NCBI GenBank assembly: GCA_012026655.1
Contig: JAAILG010000635.1
Location: 1-64,000, forward strand
From: Hydrolagus affinis
Lineage: Eukaryota
Direction of reading: 5' to 3'
Length of the DNA stretch: 64,000 nt
A program made the position numbers and the translations under genes. The notes beneath the pieces were generated by a model that made no database searches, was not told the origin of the DNA, and saw only the letters and a program-made list of their open reading frames with translations. This document shows positions 12,026-23,826 of the stretch, in pieces (the stretch's first letter is position 1; each line of letters begins with the position of its first letter).

Positions 12026-15000
12026 TTGGGAATCTTGGGTGGGGTGGGGGTGGAGAAGGGATAGGGGAGAAGAGAGAAAATACATTTACATGTGATGATT
12101 GTGTGTCTATTTTCTTGCAGGTCCAGTGGATTAAGTGGCCTACAATGCTGATTTGTGATTTTCATTAACAATGTTGATGGATACGTTGGGAGCTGGGAGG
12201 GAATACAGTGGGCAGGTGGGTGAATGAATGGATGGATAGGAGAGGGAATGTGAGAGAGAAGAGAAAAGGAAACAGACAAGAAAGAAGGAAAGAGAGGTGA
12301 ATCAATGTCTGCACACATAATTTCCCTAGTATTATTATGGGGGTATGCATCATTCCTGGTGATCTTGGCAAACTAATGGAGATTTCAATCAGACGTTGCG
12401 AGTGCAAAAATGTAAAGATCTCTACAGCTGAAGCTTAAATTATTCTTGAGACAAATCCAAATTCTAATGATGGTTAAGAACAGTTAAGAGCACGTCTGAA
12501 ACAGCAAGTAGTGAGTTTTAATCATGCATGAAATTTTCCTTGCTCGTTTGTTTATGGCACTAAATTCTCAATAACAGCAAGCTGTTTCACTTATACTATG
12601 TTGTGTTTTTTCAACTGCAGTGCACCACAGTGATTTCAGGTGACCTTGTACCCCTTTTGTGCTGTTGTGTGTCCCATTAATCACCCATTAATAGACCATG
12701 GTCACACAACAAAAGCTTCAGAATGTGTTAATAGCCTAGTCATGGAAAGTAAGAAGCAACTGATGTGGCGTCTTTCTTTAATAGCACTGAGTTTGATATT
12801 TAAATCTGTGGGACTTCCCGTAGCTTTTCCTACTATCAAACCTCAATTCTCTTTCTGAAATGACTGAACCGAGATTTTGTTGATTATACAAATTTCCATC
12901 TGTATGTAATGTCCTTATTTTATAGAAAATATGCACAAACAACAATTGTATTGCATATAATCTTACATTTATTTGATTGAAATCTATAAAATTCATCTTC
13001 AGCTATTTTTCTCCTCTCCCCCTTCCTTCTGAAGGCATTTGATTTCGTTTTTTTCTCCTGCTGGGGCACTGGTTGTCCTCCACTACCTTGCCTAAGTGAT
13101 CATTCTTCCTGTGCAATTCTTGACAGGAAATGTCAGCAAGTTATTCGATGATAGGGGGAGGGGGATCGGAGCTGAGCCCCAATCCACCCTCAAATGTCCA
13201 CCCCCAAGAAGGGGTCACTGGATTGCGATCAAAGTAGGGCCATGGATGATTTCCCCTCTCGAAAAAGGTCAAAGCTTGGGTGTTACTTGTCTGTATGGTT
13301 TAGTTTCTTATTGAATTAACTCACAAAAAGGCTATCCATTAAAACTGAATAACCATATCAACAACAACTTGCATTTATACAGCTACCCTCATAGAGGGGT
13401 AGGGTCCCAGAGCATATTGTAGCTAAAATTGTTCAGAACCACGTAGCTGATGACATTATACGAAGTTGCTAATCAAACGGCAATAGTGGAAAGATGAATA
13501 CTGCTTAAGAAAAAATAGAATTTATAGTAATTTGATAAATAATAGACTTTATACCTTTAGGCATTGACTTGCTTTGCATAACAATGAGACTTTATAGCAT
13601 TCCTCTTGTATTTATTCATGCAGTATGTAAATAAAGAAGACTGCTGTTAAAATGATAAGATTTATATAAGGAATGCAATGTAATGCATAAAGTTAGCGAT
13701 AGACATTAATAATTAAGGCTACCAACAATTTCAACTTTTTAAAAAATATGGCAAATAAAATTGTAATTTTGCACTTTTATATATTCAGCATATCTTTAGA
13801 GTAAATGATTTGGTAATAAATAAAAGCAACGAGGTATACAATTGAGTACTTTTCTGAACCCAATTATTTGTGTTGCTTTGAAAGGTGGGAGTTATGGGTG
13901 GGGGGGGGAGGAGTGGCTACATCTTACTTGAATAACTGTGGTAAGGCCTTAGAGATAACTCCATTTAACAAGGGTTGTGAGCAGCTCTCTTATGTCCAAC
14001 AGCTCACCGAGGACCACCACAGAAGTGCACTTCTTTATGAAAAGAGGAAAATGTTAGGTGGACTCAAGGGAAACAACAACTAGCACAAAAATCTCTGCAT
14101 GTTATGTCCAAACCCGTATGTTGAATCAGAATTCCCATGATGGCTACAAAAGGTCAAGGGTTGTTGTCACTGGGTACGAAAGGGGCTGCAAACGCCTCAT
14201 TAGTCTGGAGGCTAATAGAGTACAAGTACAATAGACTTCACATAACTGAATAACTGTGAGTGGATCTCTCCATGAAGTATATACAAGCCCAAATCATTTC
14301 CTACTTGCTGCCAAGAATCAATCCTTGCGTCTGCGTTAACTCTTTACATCCAAGGGAGCAAGGAAAACAATTATTTAAGAGAAATCAAACTGTCTAAATT
14401 TTGCTTGAATCACTGACTTAATCTTCTCCACAGTCAACATTATGTTTGCTTACATTGCAGGCTACAAAGCAGCTTTAAGATTAAAAAAAAATTCTCTTTA
14501 ATAATTGTTAATACTTCGTAACTTACTGCATCTTACGGAAAGAAGTATAAATTCTTGATAACTTGAAATATACTTTCCATTTAGAAAGCAGCAAGTGAAG
14601 GGAGATTTCCATCAATGTTGCTTATCCAAACAACATTCATGAATAGATTCTAACATAATTACCATAATGGTCCTGAGTTTTATTGTATTATAATTCCAAG
14701 TATACTTGATGCAATTCATGACACATGTATTCTATATTTTGCCATTGATCAAAGCCCTGCAGTCATATGGTTATTTTGCAAAAATAAATAAGGCCTTTTT
14801 TGGGGGTGTGGGGGGGCAACCGGGTGACTGACTCATACGGAAACCCATCACTGTGCTTGAGTACCCAAACTAGACTGAGAACACCATGATGATCTACACA
14901 TGGAAACTACCATGTAGAAATGGAATGCACACTCTCTCCTTGGACGGATGTATCCTCTTTCCCTAATTCCAGAGAGCGTTCCAAGGCTTGGGGACCTTAT

Positions 15001-15879
15001 ACAGTGCCTCTCCCCCATTCGCCACACCCCATCACCCATACCGCCTGCCATCACTAGTTGATCATTTGACATCAAGCAAGCACAGGTTCGACTCCTTTCT
15101 CTAAATTTAATCTGATTTAAGCAAATAGACATGCTATTTCCACATGCTGCTTTCAAAATACATATTAATGCATTAAATTTGCATGTATGGGGTGTGGGGA
15201 TGGGGGAGAGGGTAAATATTCTCTTTATTAAGATGTTGATGTTAAATGCAGGGAAATTGAATGTTTTGTGCTCGTTCTTGATATTAAACACACAGGTCAG
15301 TTACAGCTTGCAATAAATGCAGGATGCCTTAACCCCAACCTCAGAAGAGCACTTGCTCCTCATGTACCAATATATTTCCATTTGACCAGCTGTCGCTATA
15401 GCTCCTCAGAGAAAACTTGATCAATTAGAGTCACATTACAGTCAGCGTTTTGCTGCGGACCCATAATCACTGGAGAACTAGTTTGAGATTATTTTACTCC
15501 GCAGCTCTCACAAACTATATTTAAGAAGGCAACATATTTTAATACACCTAACACTGAAATGTTATTCACACCGATCCTCTGTTTAAATGGGTTTGCAGTC
15601 TGTTTCACTCTGATGATAAATTTCAACTCGAAAATCTCCCCGATGTTGACACTGCTGCTATAGACTGTTTTTACGTTGGTCCCTTAATAGCCAACAGAAG
15701 TCAGAAAGTCTCTTAGCTCAGTCAAGGCTGGATTTGAACTCAGAACCCAAAGGTGAAAGGATATTCTTGTAACCCACTGTGCTAACATTAAGCTACAGAG
15801 TATACAAATACACTGCGCAGGCTATAGAAAGGCAATCGATGTTTCCAGATACATACACACTGTTGTTTTACCTATTGAA

Positions 15880-15975
15880 ATAATAATCCTTGCATTTGAT
15901 AACGCACCTTATCATGTTGTTGAAACATCTCAAAGTGCTTCACAGGATATACTGTATATTTTGCAGGCAAAACGG
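15880..15975 (-). mobile_element. SINE 3' tail fragment
   Basis: taataatccttgcatttgata...ctcaaagtgcttcacagga. Confidence 0.75.
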
Positions 15976-16124
15976 AAAAAGTAATAATTGTAATAAATAA
16001 TTTTTCTAAATGACTCTTCTAATATTAACAAGTCATTTTTAAAGCAGTATTTTTAAATATCTAAGGTTATCAGAGCTCCAGCTGACAAGTTGATGCTGGT
16101 GTGTAAAGAATCTCAAAGGAGAAC

Positions 16125-16352
16125 TTGCTATAAGTCAAAAACAAAAGTTGCCGGGGAAACTAAGCAGGTCAGGCAGCATCCATGGAGAAAGGAAAAAGAG
16201 TCAATATTTCGGGTCTACAACCCTTTGTCAGAACTGGGGCTCAGTTTCCTTTCTCCATAGATGCTGCCTGACCTGCTGAGTTTCCCCAGCAACTTTTGTT
16301 TTTGTTTCACATTCCCAGCATCTGTAGTATTTTGTGTTTTGCTATAAGTCAA
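16125..16352. mobile_element. Short palindromic Penelope-like retroelement insertion with 14-bp target-site duplication
   Basis: TTGCTATAAGTCAA at 16125-16138 and 16339-16352. 59-bp inverted arms at 16137-16195 and 16245-16303 with 3 mismatches. Hammerhead-like motif in the loop. Confidence 0.75.
16198..16237 (-). ncRNA. Degenerate minimal type I hammerhead ribozyme motif
   Basis: Minus strand reads AGTT-CTGACAA-AGGGTtgtagACCC-GAAA-TATT-GACT, giving stem I, a CUGANGA-like box, a stem II hairpin, GAAA and a palindromic stem III. G8 is A, so it is probably inactive. Confidence 0.6.
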
Positions 16353-16548
16353 TCCTGCCCCCATTCCCTACAGATCACCTGCCTTTCATGATATGTCAAT
16401 CAACCTGCCTTTGCACCAGAAACAAACACTCAAAGCTGGGAATCTAAAATACAAACAAAACACTACAAATGCACAGCAGCTTGAACAATGTACTAAAGAG
16501 AAAGCTAATTACGTTGAATTCGATAGAATTCATACTATAGATTCCATT

Positions 16549-16849
16549 GGTCCTGTAGCTCAGTGGTTAGAGCACCTGCCTTACAGGCGAGAGACCTGGG
16601 TTCGATTCCAGGCAGGGCAAAATGTTAGGCAAGTTTCCTTACCACAAGCCTGATAATAATCCCTCAAGAAAACAATAATAAATTGGTCATTTCAATCTAC
16701 GACTGTTTGTGGGTCACCGTTGTGCGCAATTGGCTGCCGTGTTTTGCCCACAAATGATACAGTCAATTCACTTTACAATATATTCTGTGAAGCGCTTTGA
16801 GACTTCTAGAAGGCCTGAGAAGCACTATATCAAATGGAAGGATTATTAC
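16549..16849 (+). mobile_element. Full-length tRNA-derived SINE (dominant family)
   Basis: A box TAGCTCAGTGG, B box GGTTCGATTCC, body GGCAAGTTTCCTTAC, core TGTGCGCAATTGGCTGCCG, tail ATATCAAATGGAAGGATTATT. Confidence 0.92.
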
Positions 16850-17194
16850 TGCACAGAAATAGGCCGTGCCAACTATTTTGTTTATATTCCACACCATCCT
16901 CCACCTCTCCTATTCTTCTCTCCCGTACACCTCTCGTCCCCTCTGTTCAGTTGTGTCCTTACATGGGAGCTCAAGCCCAATTGTGTACTAGTCCAATCCA
17001 CACCCTCACATGTTACATGTTTTAGCACTTAACTACAGACTCTTGTTCTTTTGTGGCCTATCTGTATTACAAAGTTAACTGTTTTTGCAGCAACTCATAG
17101 TGCAACCGTGCAGTACAAATCAGTATTAAAACACATTGATTTGATTAATTAAAAATAAGACCATTTAATATGAAGCTCTTTATTACATTGAAAT

Positions 17195-17523
17195 GCTCCT
17201 GTGGCTCAGTGGTTAGAGCACTTGTCTTGCAAGCTGGGGAGACCAAGCTGGGGAGACCTGTGTTCGAATCCAGGCAGGTCATGGCGAAACTTGGGCAAGT
17301 TTCCTTACTCCACACGCCTAATAATAATCCGTCCCCCAAAAAACACAATAATAAAATTGGTAATTTCAATCCACGACTGTTTATGGGACACTGCTGTGCG
17401 CAATTGGCTGCCGCGATTCGCCCACAAATATACAGTCACTTTACAGTATATTATGTGAAGGGCTTTGGGACGTCGATAAGATGTGAAAAGCACTTTATCA
17501 AATGCGAGGATTATTATTATTAT
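17195..17523 (+). mobile_element. Full-length tRNA-derived SINE with a 14-bp internal tandem duplication
   Basis: Same architecture as 16549. CAAGCTGGGGAGAC occurs twice at 17230-17257. (ATT)n tail. Confidence 0.92.
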
Positions 17524-20259
17524 GCTTCAAAGCACTTTGCACAATAAGCTACCTTGAAATGTCATGGCTGTGATAATGGAGCCAAAATAATAATCCTCTA
17601 TCAAACCCATCTTAGACATTGGTTGCAAGTATTAAATCGCCACAAAATTAACAACAAATGTTAATCAGGAGATTGGTGGCCAGGGCAAGCCATCTCAAAA
17701 TAATTTCGGAGAAAATTGCTTGAGAAAAATGAAGATTCAAAATTTATGGAGTTCCGTGGAAAATATAAATCCTCTTATCTGCTCCAAATCACTCAATACC
17801 TGAAAGCAATAGAGAATTGCTCTACCAGTTAGAAGAACACTGTATTTATTCCAAGGGTCTGTTTTTGTAAACCTATCCCTTAAATTCTTCAATATTGTTT
17901 TATTGTCAGTATTTTTGTGCATAAATTCATTTTTATATAGTTTTACGACGAAACAAAACTGTTATGATACACAAAATATGCTCTGCATCATTGCATAAAA
18001 CACTACTGTAATCATAAAAAATAATCAGCGTATTTGACATAGCACCTTTCATTTCTGGAGGATATCTCGAAGCACTTTGCTGGATATACTGTAAAGAGTA
18101 GCGACAGTGCATATTTCTAGATGAAGGTGTAAACCGGGTTGCAGTGGAGGTCAGATTATTTACATTAAACCAAGTTGCTATAAGTCTTTGTTTGATTTCT
18201 TTTTCAGAAATTCCGTCGTTAGGAGTAAAATAGATGGCCACCACAACTCGAAATGGTCTGGTCAGCCCCACAGCATCTTTCTAGTTTCAAATTTTACCAA
18301 CAATGAAAGATCCAACGTGGGACTAGCCTTGCTCCCTCCCCTCTCTTCACACAACATTATACCAGTAGGAGCAATGTAGCAGCTTTACATAGTGAAGGCA
18401 AATTTTAATTTCCACTATTAAAATCGCTGTGTTGATTAACACAGCACTAAGTCATATAACATATCAAAATAATTGTTATTAGCATTGGCTTGGCAACTCC
18501 ACTAACAGCGAATATAAAAGCAGACTCTATATCCACTCTTATGTATATACCCCAGAGAAGTGTCAGAAACACTGCAGATAATTAGTTAAGAGAGGTACAC
18601 TGCATTATGCTTGCTCCTGTAGTGTGTGTACAGAATGAATTCATGATCTGAATTCTTTACCAGTTCTTTGTATCTTAACCCTATGTTTTTTATTCTCCAG
18701 TGACTCTACAGCTTCATAATATACTGCCTGACATGACATTAAATCCATGGTACTTTTTTTTTGATTGAATGAACACACTCCTGACCCTTTGAACATGAGA
18801 AAAACGCCCCTACGTTTACGACTTTGGTTTGTTCCTGCCCTGTTCCTGAAAGCTACTACAATTTGTAATTAAATGGTAGAATAAATAATGTAAACAGGCC
18901 ACAGCCGTTTACTGTTCTTGAAATTTGGCTATGACCATTGTTTTTTCAAGCAACATGTACAAAACTCATCTATTTGTTTTTAGTGACGCACGATTAATAT
19001 CTGTAACATACTGCTATATGACCAATGGTGGAAATGAAACAACAGCTTGATTATTCTTATAATTCCAGTTGTCAGTGTGTTGATTCATTATGAAAGTCTT
19101 TTCAATTAAGTGCTATAATTCCTAAATCTTGTCTTCTGACTGTGTTGCGTTTCTGCATTTTTCACCACTGCACAAATTAAAATCTCTGACAGATTGCTAA
19201 TGAGCTGATGTTGGAATTACTGAATATTCTGTTATCATTTGTCCATTCACAGTTTCTTCACCAGCCCATCTGTGCATGCGATGTAGTGTATTGCAGAGCA
19301 AGCAAGCTGGGGACAGCATCTCCATTTACACCTTGTCCCATCACAAGCCTTGGGGAGAAGCTTTTACTAATTAAACTTTTCAACAAACACAGTGTCAACT
19401 TCTTTGGCTGCAAAGTAGTTGCATTTCTAGATGCATAAATTGTTGGTCATGAATCCACAAGATTAGCACTAATCTCATAAATATTGCTCGTTTTCATCTC
19501 CCAGCTATACATGTTCATTATTGTTTCCTCCACTTACATATTGCAAATTTGCGAAATACTGTACTATAGTTCCGTTCAGAGATTATGTTAACACCACATT
19601 AAATTTAATGAATATTCTCCAAATTATTTGGAAAAAATCATTGTGTTTGAAGACAAGTGCCACTTTTTGTAAGACTGATATTTGAAGTTAAAAAAAATGA
19701 TTTAACTAAATGGGCTATGTTATCATTCACCCAGAGCAAAGTGGAACGTATTGCTAATGTGTCTGGAATCACATTATTAAAATCCCTTATTAAGAAGTAC
19801 GGATAATATTTGAGAATTGTTGCATACAATAAATAAATTTCCAAAGTTTTTTGTCAATAGATGAAGTAGTTAAGTGATTAGAAGCATTGTATTTCCCACT
19901 ATAAAATCATTTTCTCTTTTGAGTGACAGTTCGGAGCACGGAGAAATTTGATAAAGAGCTCCACTATCCAATGGCAAATACAAATGTAATGTTTCAATAT
20001 TATTCATACTGAAACATAGTCTTTAAGAACATGAAAAGGTTTAAGATTGGTCTGATTACTTTAAAGGGGCCATTTTCATAGTAAATTTGAGACAGACTCA
20101 ATTCGCATTGCCTGAGTTTACTTACTCTGCAGCAATGCCAATCAATTGCCAACCCAGCAGCAGGGATTGCTTTACAATTGCATGCCCTCAACCACATTTA
20201 TACTTTTCAGGATAGACTCAATGGCATTTGTGCATTGGATTGACATAACAAAAAAGTAA

Positions 20260-20655
20260 CCCCAGTGACACTGGGAAGACAGCCAAGAAAATGCTTTAAC
20301 GAATTCCAGCAGGTAGTGACATGAGCACCCTCACTGAAATACTTTGATGGCATATATGAAGTCATATATCTGGTGCTGCTTGTTCTCACGGATTGGTTGA
20401 AGTGTTTCTTCAGAATAGCTTTCACTAGCAGATGCCTCTATTATATTTCTTAGAAAAGCAGAACCCGAATTGCATTGTGAATTGAACGAGAAATGTTGGC
20501 GACTGTGCACAACAGTGAGAGATTTCATCAGTACATTTACGGGCCACACAGGTAGAGGTTAAACCTGATCATAAGCCACTAGGTATGGGTTTAAAGGAAA
20601 TCATGGCATTAACTTCATCCGGCCTGTGGAGAATGAAACAGAAAAAATGCAGAGA
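20260..20655 (+). pseudogene. Ty3/Gypsy LTR retrotransposon pol fossil (RT connection and RNase H)
   Basis: Hand translation across frameshifts gives WEDSQENA/NEFQQVVT*APSLKYFD ... IEREMLATVHNSERFHQYIYG/QVEVKPDHKPL, matching the Gypsy motifs APVLxYFD and E(K/R)ELLAIV..ERFHQY.YG..TDHKPL. Confidence 0.8.
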
Positions 20656-20867
20656 GGGGAAAATAGTTTGATTGGCATGGACACTCTTATCAAAAGCCGT
20701 GAAAGTTACCAATATTGTTCAGGGTATAAAAGGAGAAATTGTTTGTTTGTTGATTCATCTCCTCCTAACTTGAGGCCACTAATTTCTCCCATGGTTCAAC
20801 CTGGTTTTGTCCCTCCCTATGCAGAAGACACAAATGTCAATTGTACCACTATCCCAGCTGAGATCAG

Positions 20868-20935
20868 CAAGCGGGGCAGGCTCGATGGGCTGAATGGCCT
20901 ACTCCTACTCCTATATATTATGTTCTTATGTTCTA
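20868..20935 (+). mobile_element. CR1 LINE 3' UTR end
   Basis: caggctcgatgggctgaatggcctactcctactccta followed by (tatgttct)2. Same as the end of the 34205 copy. Confidence 0.75.
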
Positions 20936-21077
20936 ACAAAGGGGAACAATCTGAGGCAAACATAATGCATATGATAGAATTGCAGAATTTATATCTGAAC
21001 CACTAAATTTATAAACTTTGAAAAATCACGTTTTGCAACACATAAATAACAATGTTAGAATCACATTGCCAAACATT

Positions 21078-21258
21078 ATAATAATGGTAATCCTTGCATT
21101 TGATTTACAGTAGCACTTTTCACATCTTCTAGATGTCTCAAAGCACTTCATGGAATATTCTGTAAAGCATATACTTGCGGGCAAAATGTTGCAGCCAATT
21201 GCACACAGCAGTGTCCCACAAACATTCATGGATTGAAATGATCAATTTATTATTTTTT
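21078..21258 (-). mobile_element. 5'-truncated dominant SINE
   Basis: taatccttgcatttgat...gcagccaattgcacacagcagtgtcccacaaaca...ggattgaaatgatcaatttatt. Confidence 0.85.
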
Positions 21259-21261
21259 TGC

Positions 21262-21400
21262 TTAGACTTTCAGCACAGAAACAGGCCATTGAACCCAACT
21301 AGTCCATGCCAGTTTTTATGCTTCACATCACTTTCCATCCCTCCCTAATCCCCTCTCCCGTGGCCCTCCATTCCCTTCTTACTCATGAATACCCTAAACA
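21262..21400 (-). mobile_element. CR1-type LINE 3' end fragment
   Basis: cagcacagaaacaggccattgaacccaactagtccatgcc, similar to 42158. Confidence 0.6.
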
Positions 21401-22439
21401 TTAGACCATATTGGGCTTTACAGATGAAATAACAGCACAGAATAGAGATCTTGTACAAGGAGGTAAAGTCCAAATATCAATTAACATGAGAGCTGAAATG
21501 ATACAATTAGTGCAAACCATGAAAAGTTCAACTAGAGCTAGAGGTGTTATCCTTTGGCAGATTTGCAAGCACAGTGGTACATGAAGCATAGATCCCCAAA
21601 TGTAAAATAACTATTGTGATACATCAAATGCTAGAGTGCTTTTGGTCCAAAATGGGAATAGAATTGCTTGAGTTAAACGATGCTTTGTATCTACCATTAG
21701 TAAATTGCTATTCAAATTTCTTTGAAATTATGGAACTTGAGAACACTAGATGCGAGATTATGATAGCTCATTGAAAGCCTTAATTTACACATCATAGTAT
21801 GCCTGATAATTTTATAATACATAATACATAGGCCACAGTTCACAAGTGAGCAGTTTAAAAATAAATGGTATTCACATTTGATATCGCACCTTATCACATC
21901 AAAATATTTCAGAGCGTTTCACACAGTGAGTTACTTATTTTCCAAATGTTGTGATTGTTATTACAGTACAGTATATAGGTAAATTCAGAAGCTAATCTAT
22001 GGTGGTTGGACCCACAAACAAGAATGAACAATCAATCTCTTTTTTGGTAAATCTGGATTCAGAAGGAAAATTGGTCACAATTTCAGAAAATCAGAACAAT
22101 TTAAATACAGATTAAGACTAATACAGGATAAGGCCTATTGTACCTGCCAGCTCTTTACTTGAAATTTTCATTGATCAAATGTTTATCTAATTCCCTTCCA
22201 AGGGTGATTCACATGTTTGAATTGTCACTTTGACAACATATCCAAATAACTCTTTGAGTAAAATCAATTCTGCTAGCCTCTGCCATTATGCTCCTATGTG
22301 TTGATGCTTTTTTTTTTCAGATTCACCCAATAGTGCGAATATTCTTTCAGTATTTACCCACTCAAAGCTCTTCATAATTCTGAATACTTCTAATACATCT
22401 CTTCTTAACATGATAAATAACGTAATAAATAATGCATAA

Positions 22440-22642
22440 ATAACAGTCTTATTTGAAATGGTGGCAGGAGATCTTTAACATCAAGCAGAGCAGATAGAGT
22501 TCACTTCAAAATCTCAATCAAATGGCAGCACCTCCAAAATCCGTCAATCTCTTAGTTCAGCACTGACACAGTGACTGTCTAGCGCCTTGGGACGTCATCC
22601 TGACGTTAAAGGTGCTTTACAAGTGTAATTCTGTTGTTGTTG
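22440..22642. mobile_element. Degraded DeuSINE-type fragment (-) followed by an L2 3' tail (+)
   Basis: gatctttaacatc...ggcagcacctcc, then gactgtctagcgccttgggacgtc...aaaggtgctttacaagtgtaattc(tgt)n. Confidence 0.55.
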
Positions 22643-22769
22643 TGCTGTCAATTTATTCAAATCAGTACTTAATGTTTGGCAAAGCCGTACCAGGTATTGT
22701 AATCCCCACTTTGAATAGTTTAATGCTCAGCTATCAAAACAACAACTTGCATTTAAGTATGTCACAGAG

Positions 22770-23330
22770 TCTGGTAGCTCAATTATTAGAGCACTCACCT
22801 CACAAGTGAGAGACCTGGGTTCTATTATCGACAGGTTATTGTCATCTGTTATCATCATGTATTTTGCTTGTTGGGTAAGATTCCTTACCCCACATGCTTC
22901 TGTTTACCTTAGCAGTAAGTAGGAACCTGTTGTCAGTGGATTAGTGGATCACTTTTCGGGGATAATAATTCCTTCCAAAAAATCCCCAATAATATGGTAT
23001 GGTCACCATATAGATTTATACCAGCTGCTATGAATATTTTAAGAAGGAGTTTTGTTCTTGGTATACATTCATGCCTCAGGACTTTTCTATGTGCCCCTAT
23101 GTCCTCCCGGCATGAAAGGCGCTCTAGAAATGTAATTTTGTTGTTGTTGTTGTTGTTGTTGCCACTTCAATCTACTTCTTTTTGTGGAACACTGCTGTGC
23201 TTAATTGGCTGCCATGTTTCACCCACAAATATCTAGTCAATTCACTTTACATTTCATTTTGTGAAGTGCTTTGGGACGTCTAGAGAAGATGTGTAAAGCG
23301 CTATATCAAATGCAAGGATTGGATTATTAT
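22770..23330 (+). mobile_element. Longer or older variant of the dominant SINE, interrupted by an L2-type tail
   Basis: tRNA head at 22770-22825, ttgggtaagattccttaccccacatgc, an extra segment, gataataattcc, an insert ending in (TTG)n at 23139-23161, then core and tail at 23180-23330. Confidence 0.7.
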
Positions 23331-23782
23331 ACAATGCCCTTCACTTGGGGTACTGTCTCGGAAAAGTTTAACAATGCTGTGTTAAATTTGATGCCGAGCT
23401 AGTGGGGGGGGGGAACAAGGGAAAATAAATCTATACCAAGAGTAAAACTCCTTCTTAAAATATTCATAGCAGCTGGTAGAAATCTGTATTTTGTCCTTTT
23501 GGATCATTATAATAAACATCAAGATAGCTTCTTAGGATTTCCAATGTGAAGGTTAATGGGTAGGAGCAAACAATAATTATTTCCAAGAGATCGTTGGAGC
23601 CAAATACACTAGATGCCAACAAGTAGCGTAGTGTTTGAAGTATCAGAGAAATTAGCACAAGATATGGTTTGATAGATATACTGGAACATTAACTTCTACG
23701 AAATGGGAAACAAGGATGGCAACAAGCAGTTGTGATATAAATACCAAAGGAGCCTAGATTTTATATAATGACTGCTCCTGAT

Positions 23783-23794
23783 GGACAGACAGAT

Positions 23795-23826
<32 letters not shown>
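23783..23826. repeat. (GACA)n microsatellite
   Basis: Read directly. Confidence 0.9.

Noticed and set aside
16549-16615. tRNA-like sequences (also at 17195, 22770, 28014, 30841, 47138)
   Set aside because: They are SINE heads. Each runs into the same body, the anticodon regions differ between copies, and there is no proper acceptor stem.
17170-17547. Recurring similar peptides in several ORFs (e.g. LGQVSLLHTPNNNPS)
   Set aside because: Translations of SINE copies, not a gene family
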